Translations under genes and position numbers: made by a program
Shown here: positions 6,269-15,749 of the stretch, piece after piece
How positions within the stretch are numbered: the stretch's first letter is position 1
Layout of the letters: every line of letters begins with the position of its first letter
The notes under the pieces: model-generated
The model's database searches: none
What the model saw: the letters and a program-made list of their open reading frames with translations, nothing else
What the model was told of the DNA's origin: nothing
From: Telmatocola sphagniphila
Lineage (GTDB): Bacteria; Planctomycetota; Planctomycetia; Gemmatales; Gemmataceae
Reading direction: 5' to 3'
Assembly: GCF_018398935.1 (NCBI RefSeq)
Contig: NZ_CP074694.1
Span: forward strand, 5,550,001 to 5,582,000
DNA: 32,000 bases

Positions 6269-7597
6269 ATGTCGAATTACGAACCAATTTTGCTCGCTCG
6301 CATCGGCAAGCCCGAAAGCTATAAGCTGGAAGGTTACCGCGCCGATGGCGGCTACGAAGCGTTCCTGAAGGCTCTCAAGAATTCCAAGCCGAACGAAGTC
6401 GTCGATACGATCAAAAACTCCGGTCTGCGCGGCCGCGGCGGTGCGGGATTTCCCACTGGCTTGAAATGGACCTTTCTGCCCAAGGATCACCCGGGTCCTA
6501 TCTATCTGTGCGTGAATGCCGACGAATCGGAACCTTGTACCTTCAATAACCGCATCCTGATGGAACTCGATCCGCATCAGGTTCTCGAAGGGGTCATGCT
6601 CGCCTGCTATGCGATCAAGAGTTCCCGCGCTTACTATTACATCCGCTACGAATATGGTTTGAGCTACCGCCGTTTGCAAGCGGCCATCGATGAACTTTAT
6701 GCCGCTGGCTTGCTCGGTCAGAATATCCAAGGTTCCGGTTTCAATCTCGATATCTATCTGCACCGCGGGGCTGGGGCGTATGTCTGTGGAGAAGAAACGG
6801 GATTGATCGAATCGCTGGAAGGCAAACGGGCCTGGCCGCGCATCAAGCCGCCGTTCCCGGCCATTGAAGGGGCGTTCCGCAAGCCCACCATCGTCAACAA
6901 CGTCGAAACCCTGGCTTGCGTTACCCAAATCATGCGTCGTGGGATCGACTGGTTCAAATCGATCGGAGTGGCGCCCGATCCGAAGAATCCCCGCGATGCG
7001 GGCAGCTACGGTCCGAAGCTTTACTGCGTTTCCGGACACGTGAATAATCCCGGCTGCTGGGAATTGCCCTTAGGCGTGACCTCGAATGAATTGATTCGGC
7101 TGGCCGGCGGCGTCTGGAAGGGTCGCAAAGTCAAAGCGGTTGTGCCCGGCGGACTCAGCATGGGTTTTTTAACCGCCAATGAACTGGAAGTGCCACTCGA
7201 TTTCAACGGCCCGGGTAAAGTCGGCTGCCTCGGTCTGGGAACGGCCGCTATAACGGTGATCGACGACCAAACCAGCATGATCGACGTGCTGCACAACACC
7301 TGCCAGTTCTACGCCCACGAATCGTGCGGCCAGTGCACCCCCTGTCGGGAAGGAACTGGTTGGATGCTGAAGATCACCGATCGACTTCGCAAAGGGCAGG
7401 GGCGAAAAGAAGACCTCGATATTCTGGTCGAAGTCGCCGACCGGATTGGTATCATGCCGGGATCGACGATTTGCGGCTTGGCCGATGGAGCGGGCTGGCC
7501 AGTGAAGAATGCGATTCGCAAGTTCCGTCAGGAATTCGAAGATGCGATCAAGACCGGCCGGAGAAGCCATTTGCGTCCTTTGGCGATGGCTCATTGA
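6269..7597 (+). CDS. nuoF: NADH-quinone oxidoreductase subunit F
   Basis: 442 aa. GLRGRGGAGFPTG marks the FMN/NADH site and ESCGQCTPCREG is the N3 4Fe-4S motif. Confidence 0.96.
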   Translation: MSNYEPILLARIGKPESYKLEGYRADGGYEAFLKALKNSKPNEVVDTIKNSGLRGRGGAGFPTGLKWTFLPKDHPGPIYLCVNADESEPCTFNNRILMELDPHQVLEGVMLACYAIKSSRAYYYIRYEYGLSYRRLQAAIDELYAAGLLGQNIQGSGFNLDIYLHRGAGAYVCGEETGLIESLEGKRAWPRIKPPFPAIEGAFRKPTIVNNVETLACVTQIMRRGIDWFKSIGVAPDPKNPRDAGSYGPKLYCVSGHVNNPGCWELPLGVTSNELIRLAGGVWKGRKVKAVVPGGLSMGFLTANELEVPLDFNGPGKVGCLGLGTAAITVIDDQTSMIDVLHNTCQFYAHESCGQCTPCREGTGWMLKITDRLRKGQGRKEDLDILVEVADRIGIMPGSTICGLADGAGWPVKNAIRKFRQEFEDAIKTGRRSHLRPLAMAH

Positions 7598-7677
7598 GCC
7601 GACGGGCGTCCTAACGGCATTAAAAAAAGGACGTTAGCAAGATTTTGTGACGCTTACTCCCGAAAGGAGACTCTCCT

Positions 7678-8115
7678 ATGCGTCGATTAAGTCTGATTTT
7701 TCTGGCGCTCTGGGTCTGTACCGGCTGCAATAAGACTGCGGGAACCGCAGATAAAAAAGGGAATGTCCCGAATACTAAGGAATCCTCCGATGATCGACAG
7801 ATCTCGAATGATTTGAAGCAACTGGGACTGGCGTTTCTCAACTATACGAGTACCCAGAAGGATATGAATCCGATCACGAGCCCTTTCGTCGGATCCCTGG
7901 ATGTGTTGAAGCCCTATCTGGGGGAAAAGGAAAATCCCCGACTGGTGCCGACTCTGGAGAGCGGTAAGTACAAGATCTTCTGGAATGCACCTGCTAAACA
8001 GAGAATCCTCGCCTGCGAAAAGGATGCGGAAACCAAAGGGGGCTTAGTTCTTACTCGAATTGGCTCCGTGGAAAGAATGTCGGCGGAAGAAATTCAGAAG
8101 GCCATTGTCAAATAA
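7678..8115 (+). CDS. small lipoprotein, paralog 1 (mini DUF1559/pseudopilin-like motifs)
   Basis: 145 aa. It has a signal peptide and Cys (MRRLSLIFLALWVCTGC), with GGAG 8 nt upstream. It is a paralog of the next ORF. SNDLKQLGLAFLNY and GGLVLTRIGSVERMS resemble the NNLKQIGLAxHNY and DGSVrFis motifs of planctomycetal DUF1559 proteins (by eye). Confidence 0.75.
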   Translation: MRRLSLIFLALWVCTGCNKTAGTADKKGNVPNTKESSDDRQISNDLKQLGLAFLNYTSTQKDMNPITSPFVGSLDVLKPYLGEKENPRLVPTLESGKYKIFWNAPAKQRILACEKDAETKGGLVLTRIGSVERMSAEEIQKAIVK

Positions 8116-8135
8116 TCGGGAAAGGGAGGTGGCGT

Positions 8136-8588
8136 ATGCGTCGATTACTCTTACTCGCCTGCCTGACGGTCGCTCTCCTGGGTTGCAAGAAGGAAGCGAA
8201 GGAGACGGAACCCAAAGCTAAGGCCATGAATCCGTTCGACCGGAGTGAGAAAACAGGTAATGGCGTGATCTCCGATGTGGCCCGCGCTCCCAAGCGAACC
8301 GTGGCCCAGAACGATATGCACAATCTTCACCTGTTGATCGAAACGATCTCCGGTGCCAGCGGTAATATGCCCGATGCGAACACGATTCTGACTTCCCTGA
8401 AGCAGGATCCGGATGCCAGAAAGATTGCCCAGTATATTGAGGAAGGCTGGATAATCCTGACTGGAATAAAACAGCGGGAAGGGGTCTGGGCCTACGAAAA
8501 AGAGGCTTTGACTACCCGCGGCTTCGTGGTGACCAACAGCGGCGTGGAGATGTTGAGCAAGGAAGAGCTTCAAGCGAAGCTTCGCTGA
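8136..8588 (+). CDS. small lipoprotein, paralog 2
   Basis: 150 aa. It has a good lipobox (MRRLLLLACLTVALLGC) and GGGAGG upstream. It shares the N-terminus, a central ND(L/M)xxL motif and a C-terminal EK(D/E)AxTxxGxVxTxxGxVExxSxEE(I/L)Q with paralog 1. Confidence 0.75.
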   Translation: MRRLLLLACLTVALLGCKKEAKETEPKAKAMNPFDRSEKTGNGVISDVARAPKRTVAQNDMHNLHLLIETISGASGNMPDANTILTSLKQDPDARKIAQYIEEGWIILTGIKQREGVWAYEKEALTTRGFVVTNSGVEMLSKEELQAKLR

Positions 8589-8646
8589 GGTTCGAAGAAT
8601 TCAAAGCGAGCGGAATGGTTGGATTCCAGGGATCGAAGAGAGACAT

Positions 8647-10290
8647 ATGGCAACGGTTTACGTCAATAACAAGGCGATAGACATCGGCAACGAGCGGCTT
8701 AACTGCGTGCAGGCCGCGGAGAAAGCCGGTGTTCTCGTTCCGCACTACTGCTACCACCCCGCGCTTTCGGTCGTGGCCAGTTGCCGCATGTGTCTGGTCG
8801 AAGTTGGTGAAAAAAAGCCGGATGGCACCATCGCTATGCAGCCCAAGGTCGTGCCCGGCTGCCAGACTCCCGTCAAAGACGGTACGGTTATCGTTACCGA
8901 CAGTCCCAAAGCCAAGGCCGCCCAGGGGGATACGCTGGAAGGGCTTTTGCTCAATCATCCGCTCGATTGCCCCGTTTGCGATAAGGCCGGCGAGTGCAAG
9001 TTGCAGGATTACTCCTTCCAGTTCGGGCATGCCCAGTCGCGCATGATCGATCAGAAGAATACGCCTCCGAATAAACCGGACATCAGCGAAAAGATCACTT
9101 TATTCACCGACCGCTGCATCCTCTGTACTCGCTGCGTCCGCTTCACCCGGGAAGTCGCCGGTACCGCCGAATTGACGGTGGTCGGCCGCGGCCACCACGA
9201 AGAAATAGATATTTTTCCCGGCGAGCCGCTGGCCAACAAACTGTCGGGGAACGTCGTCGATCTTTGCCCGGTCGGCGCCCTCGGTTCCAAGGACTTTCTG
9301 TACAAACAACGCGTCTGGTATCTCAAGGAAGAAGACAGCGTTTGCCCGAACTGTTCGACCGGCTGCAGCATCCAGGTCGATTCGAACAAGGATATCGTCT
9401 TCCGGCTGCGGCCGCGTTTCAACCCGCTGGCGCAAGGGCACTTCATGTGCGATGAAGGCCGTTACGGGTATCACTACATCAATTCGGATACCCGATTCGG
9501 CAAACCACTCGAACAGATTGAAGTGGGGCAGTTCAAAGCCGTAAGCTGGCAGAATGCCCTCAGCGGCATCAAAAAAGAGTTTCTCCTGGCCGGACAGGAA
9601 CATTCCGATCAGCTCTACGCGATTTTGTCGCCATTTCTGACCGTCGAGGAAGCCTATCTGGCGGCGAAATGGTTCAAAATGATTTCGCCGAATTCCAAGC
9701 TCGCGCTGGGGGCGGTTCCCGTTCACGGCGAGAACGATACTTATCCCAAGGATCGTCGCGGCAATGCTACCAGCACCGTGAAATTCACGATTCGGGCGGA
9801 AAAAGCTCCGAATCGACTGGGTGTGGAAGCGGTGTTGAAGCATTTCGAAGGAGAAGTGATCACTTTCGATCAGGTAGTTGAAGCCGTGAAGAGGAACGAA
9901 GTACAAGGTCTGTTCCTCACCGCGGGTTATCCGGACTCCAAGACGATCGACGATTATCAGGCCGACCGACTGGACGATGTGAAGCTGCTGGTAACGCTCG
10001 ATCTGTTGCCGAGCACGGTCGCCTCGGGTTCGAAATATATTTTGCCGGCCACGAGTTTTGCGGAAAAAGAAGGCACCTACGTCAACTACGCGGGATTGGC
10101 TCAAGGCCTCAAGCGAACGGTGAAAGCTCCGAAGGAATGCCGTCCGGAAGCCCAGATTTTCATGGATTTGCTTGGACTTCCCGGCCTCTACAACGCTCAA
10201 ACGATTCGGGAAATGATCGCTCGCGAAATTCCCTATTTCGCCCCGCTGGCGAAGGGGATTGGCGAATATGGTGTGAAGCTGGGGACCTGA
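8647..10290 (+). CDS. nuoG: NADH-quinone oxidoreductase subunit G (short form)
   Basis: 547 aa. It has 2Fe-2S cysteines at the N-terminus, HPLDCPVCDKAGECKLQD (N5), CILCTRCVRF...CPVGAL (N4), and CPNCSTGCS...MCDEGR (N7-type). Confidence 0.92.
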   Translation: MATVYVNNKAIDIGNERLNCVQAAEKAGVLVPHYCYHPALSVVASCRMCLVEVGEKKPDGTIAMQPKVVPGCQTPVKDGTVIVTDSPKAKAAQGDTLEGLLLNHPLDCPVCDKAGECKLQDYSFQFGHAQSRMIDQKNTPPNKPDISEKITLFTDRCILCTRCVRFTREVAGTAELTVVGRGHHEEIDIFPGEPLANKLSGNVVDLCPVGALGSKDFLYKQRVWYLKEEDSVCPNCSTGCSIQVDSNKDIVFRLRPRFNPLAQGHFMCDEGRYGYHYINSDTRFGKPLEQIEVGQFKAVSWQNALSGIKKEFLLAGQEHSDQLYAILSPFLTVEEAYLAAKWFKMISPNSKLALGAVPVHGENDTYPKDRRGNATSTVKFTIRAEKAPNRLGVEAVLKHFEGEVITFDQVVEAVKRNEVQGLFLTAGYPDSKTIDDYQADRLDDVKLLVTLDLLPSTVASGSKYILPATSFAEKEGTYVNYAGLAQGLKRTVKAPKECRPEAQIFMDLLGLPGLYNAQTIREMIAREIPYFAPLAKGIGEYGVKLGT

Positions 10291-10355
10291 AAAGCAGGAA
10301 GGGTCGACACGCGGATGCTCGCCGATTTGGCGGAAATCCCTAATCATGGGAAAAC

Positions 10356-11633
10356 ATGAGTACAGAGCATTTAATCTACACGCTGATATCGATCCTCGCG
10401 ATCATGTTCGTCATCCTGAATTCGGTGGCGGTGCTGACGCTGGGCGAACGCAAGATCTCCGCGTTCATGCAGGACCGCCTGGGTCCTAATCGCGTCGGAC
10501 CTTATGGGCTACTGCAGCCGATGGCCGACGGTATCAAGATGTTCTTCAAAGAGTGGGTCGTTCCCAAAAGCGTCGACAAACTCTTCTTCGCTCTGGCACC
10601 GGTGCTGGCCGCCTCCGTGGCTTTTCTGTCGTTTGCGGTAGTCCCTTTCGGGCCGACCCATCCGACACCGACGCCCCTCCGAATTGTCGAAGAAGCTGAC
10701 CTCACCGACGCGGTTAAGGGCACTCCGCTCGATCGGGTTTTCACGAGCGTCGAGCAGGCTCTGCCGGTCTACCAAAAAGAAGCGGAAAAAGACGAATCGA
10801 CCTGGAACTTCGTTATCGCTCCCCGCATGGACATCGGCATTCTGTTCGTTTTCGCCATCGGCAGCCTGACGGTTTACGGCATCATCCTCGGCGGCTGGTC
10901 GGGGAACAACAAGTATTCCTTGCTCGGCTCGCTGCGTTCTTCGGCCCAGATCATCAGCTACGAAATTCCGCTGGGAATGTCGATTCTGGGCTTGCTGCTC
11001 TACACCGGCTCATTGAATCTCGAACGAGTGATCGACTGGCAGGTCAACAACGGCTGGTTTATTCTCTATCAGCCGCTGGCGTTTCTATTGTTCATGACCT
11101 CGGTCTACGCCGAGTGTAACCGTCTGCCGTTCGACTTGCCCGAGGCCGAGCAGGAACTGGTGGGGGGCTACCACACCGAATACAACTCATTCGGTTTCGC
11201 CCTGTTCGCCATGGGCGAATATACCCACATGATCACCACCAGCTTCCTGATGTCGATCGCATTTTTCGGAGGCTGGCACTTCCCCGGCCTCTCCGATATC
11301 GGCGGTCTGATCGGAGTGCTGATCAAGTTCGGGATTCTGGGCGCCAAAGCCACGATCTTCCTGTTGCTGTTCCAGCTGGTGCGCTGGACCATTCCCCGGT
11401 TCCGCTTCGATCAACTGATGGGACTGGCCTGGCAGGTGCTCATTCCGCTTTCGATTCTCAACCTTCTGGCGGTGATGATCGTTCGGGAATTCAAACTGCC
11501 GATCTGGGTGATGACGGTGATTTCTTCCGTGCTGTTTTTGAGTGCGGCTCTGGCTTCGACGAAGGATTCCAACAAACCCCGACGTCGAGTGATAAAGGTG
11601 CCGAGCGAACCGCGTGAAGTGGTGAAAGTTTAA
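10356..11633 (+). CDS. nuoH: NADH-quinone oxidoreductase subunit H
   Basis: 425 aa. GERKISAFMQDRLGPNRVGPYGLLQPMADGIK and YAECNRLPFDLPEAEQELVGGYHTEY are NuoH/ND1 signatures. Confidence 0.95.
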   Translation: MSTEHLIYTLISILAIMFVILNSVAVLTLGERKISAFMQDRLGPNRVGPYGLLQPMADGIKMFFKEWVVPKSVDKLFFALAPVLAASVAFLSFAVVPFGPTHPTPTPLRIVEEADLTDAVKGTPLDRVFTSVEQALPVYQKEAEKDESTWNFVIAPRMDIGILFVFAIGSLTVYGIILGGWSGNNKYSLLGSLRSSAQIISYEIPLGMSILGLLLYTGSLNLERVIDWQVNNGWFILYQPLAFLLFMTSVYAECNRLPFDLPEAEQELVGGYHTEYNSFGFALFAMGEYTHMITTSFLMSIAFFGGWHFPGLSDIGGLIGVLIKFGILGAKATIFLLLFQLVRWTIPRFRFDQLMGLAWQVLIPLSILNLLAVMIVREFKLPIWVMTVISSVLFLSAALASTKDSNKPRRRVIKVPSEPREVVKV

Positions 11634-11642
11634 GGGTGTCCG

Positions 11643-12206
11643 ATGGCAACGACTGAAAAAGATGTTCGCTGGGTGGAAGAGCCTAAAGTAGGATTCTGGG
11701 AACGGCTGTACGTTCCCGCCATCCTTCAGGGCCTTTCGATCACCTCGAAACACATGACGCACAAGCCTCTGACGGAGCAGTACCCCGAACAGGAGCCGGA
11801 GTTGCCGCCGAACTATCGCGGCGTGCATCGACTGAACCGGGATACCGATGGCCGGGTCCGCTGCGTGGCCTGCTACATGTGCGCCACCGCCTGCCCGGCG
11901 AACTGCATCGATATCGTGGCCGCCCCGGCACCCAAGGAATGGACCGACCGGGAAAAATACCCGGCGACCTTCTGCATCGACGAACTGCGTTGCATCTACT
12001 GCGGCATGTGCGAAGAAGCCTGTCCTGTGGATGCGATCGAACTGACCAGCCTGTACGATCTGACGGGGTTGAGTCGCGAGCAGATGATTTTCGACAAGGA
12101 AAAGCTGCTGAGCGTTTTCGATCATACTTCCAAGACCGGCAAAGATCCGGTTCGATCCTCGGGTAGCAAACTGGGTCCGGCGGCGGAACTGCCAGTTATC
12201 AAATAG
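11643..12206 (+). CDS. nuoI: NADH-quinone oxidoreductase subunit I
   Basis: 187 aa. It carries two ferredoxin motifs, CVACYMCATACP and CIYCGMCEEACP. Confidence 0.95.
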   Translation: MATTEKDVRWVEEPKVGFWERLYVPAILQGLSITSKHMTHKPLTEQYPEQEPELPPNYRGVHRLNRDTDGRVRCVACYMCATACPANCIDIVAAPAPKEWTDREKYPATFCIDELRCIYCGMCEEACPVDAIELTSLYDLTGLSREQMIFDKEKLLSVFDHTSKTGKDPVRSSGSKLGPAAELPVIK

Positions 12207-12242
12207 GAATTCGCGGGTCTCCCGAAAGGGACTCTTTCAAAG

Positions 12243-13355
12243 GTGGATATGCTTTTCGCTGAAATCTATACCGGCAACCCGATGAACTGGGGCGTAGTCG
12301 TCCCGGTCGTCTTCGGGTTTGTCACGATCTGGCTGATGCTGCCCAGCCCGCAGCGCAAGCCAATCGTCTGGCCTGCGATCTGTGGCATCGCTGCCCTGGT
12401 CGGCGTTGCCATTTACCTGTCGCAAGGAATCGGTCACGGCATCGACGACGTGGTGGAGAATCTTCTCTTCACCAGCTTCTCGACCCTGGCGGTCAGCTTT
12501 GCCGGTCTGATGATCGCCCAGCGCAATCCGGCGCGAGCGGCCATCTGCTTCGCGCTGGTGGTGCTTAGCGTTTGTGGACTGTTCCTTTTGCTGGCGGCGC
12601 CATTTCTCATGGCGGCCTCGATCATCATCTATGCCGGGGCGATCATCGTAACCTTCCTGTTCGTGCTCATGCTTTCGCAACAGCACGGCATGACCGATGC
12701 CAACGACCGCAGCCGGGAGCCCTTCCTGGCTTCTTTAGTCGGCTTCGTGTTTTTGGGCACCCTGCTGGTGGGTCTGCAACGGGTCTACTCCGAAAAGGGT
12801 ATCGACGCCCCGATTAATATGTGCAACCACTTTGCCGAGGCCGACGCCCTGGACGAGAATTTCAAGAATCCGGGCTTCGTCGAATCTTTCCTGCAAAGCA
12901 TCATTTCGGTGAAGGAACGGCTGGCCCTGTCGATGCCAGTCCAGGATAAGGACAAGAAGGAATATCTTGCCCCGGCCGATGCGGTGACGAAAATCGAATC
13001 CGCCATAATCAATCTGCGAAACGAATTCTCCGGCAAGCCGAACCTCGGGGAGGTAAAGGCCAATTGCCGGGAAATCGCTAACCAGTTGAACTACCTGAAG
13101 GCCGTTCGCGAAGGGACTTTGAACCCGAATACCGATGTTCATACGTCGGCGAACAGCGTCTCGAAAGTCGTCGTGACCGACCCGAGCCATCCCGCCTCGG
13201 CGAATCGCCTGCCCGCCGCGAACGTGGCGGCTCTGGGCCGTTCGTTATTTACCGATCACCTGCTGGCCATCGAACTGGGGGGCACTTTGTTGCTCGTTGC
13301 CACGATTGGAGCCATCGCGATTGCCGGAACCCGGCAGGAGCGAGCCAAAGTATGA
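12243..13355 (+). CDS. nuoJ: NADH-quinone oxidoreductase subunit J (greatly expanded)
   Basis: 370 aa. The core IIIYAGAIIVTFLFVLML and the C-terminal LLAIELGGTLLLVATIGA match the NuoJ/ND6 TM3 and TM5 regions. The start is either GTG 12243 or ATG 12249. Confidence 0.9.
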   Translation: MDMLFAEIYTGNPMNWGVVVPVVFGFVTIWLMLPSPQRKPIVWPAICGIAALVGVAIYLSQGIGHGIDDVVENLLFTSFSTLAVSFAGLMIAQRNPARAAICFALVVLSVCGLFLLLAAPFLMAASIIIYAGAIIVTFLFVLMLSQQHGMTDANDRSREPFLASLVGFVFLGTLLVGLQRVYSEKGIDAPINMCNHFAEADALDENFKNPGFVESFLQSIISVKERLALSMPVQDKDKKEYLAPADAVTKIESAIINLRNEFSGKPNLGEVKANCREIANQLNYLKAVREGTLNPNTDVHTSANSVSKVVVTDPSHPASANRLPAANVAALGRSLFTDHLLAIELGGTLLLVATIGAIAIAGTRQERAKV

Positions 13356-13766
13356 TACCGGTTTCTTACTATCTCACGGTCGGGGCCATTCTGTTCTGCC
13401 TCGGGCTGATCGGCTTCCTGACCCGCCGGAACATGATCGTATTGTTCCTGTGCGCGGAACTGATGCTTCAGGGCGTGGCGTTGAACTTCGTCGCCTTCTC
13501 CCGCCATCACGGCAATATGCATGGTCAGGTGTTCGTGCTGTTCATCCTCACCGTCGCCGCTTGCGAAGCCGGTTTGGCCCTCGCTCTGATCCTGATGCTT
13601 TACCGGCAGAAAAAATCTTTGGATATCAGTCTCTGGCAGTCTTTGAAGGAAGCGGAAGTGGCACCGATTCGCGATACCGAGCCGTTCCCCGATCAGGAAC
13701 CCGCCCCGGTTTATCCGAAACTGGCCCCGGCTGGCGTCGAACCGAAGCGGGACGAGGAGGTGATTC

Positions 13767-13774
<8 letters not shown>
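13352..13774 (+). CDS. nuoK: NADH-quinone oxidoreductase subunit K (with C-terminal tail)
   Basis: 140 aa. LFLCAELMLQGVALNFVAFS and ACEAGLALALILMLYR are NuoK/ND4L signatures. It overlaps nuoJ in an ATGA arrangement. Confidence 0.93.
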
Positions 13775-15725
<1,951 letters not shown>

Positions 15726-15749
15726 TTCACAACTCTACCTGAGATTTGA

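Noticed and set aside
7608-7640. Possible terminator after nuoF (CGTCCT...AGGACG)
   Set aside because: The stem is only 6 bp with a 15-nt A-rich loop and no following U-tract. That is too weak to call, and downstream genes are clearly part of the same operon.
9100-10347. Long antisense ORFs: 9100-10347(-) 415 aa, 13953-15179(-) 408 aa, 25831-26991(+) 386 aa, 11187-12125(-) 312 aa, 3910-4767(-) 285 aa, 6212-7039(-) 275 aa, 2747-3409(-) 220 aa, 27978-28631(+) 217 aa, 24368-25036(-) 222 aa
   Set aside because: Each lies entirely antisense to a confidently identified gene (nuo subunits, polymerase, ccoN, TlpA-like). Their sequences are Arg/Gly/His-rich and low in complexity, which is typical of the stop-poor antisense frames of GC-rich coding DNA.
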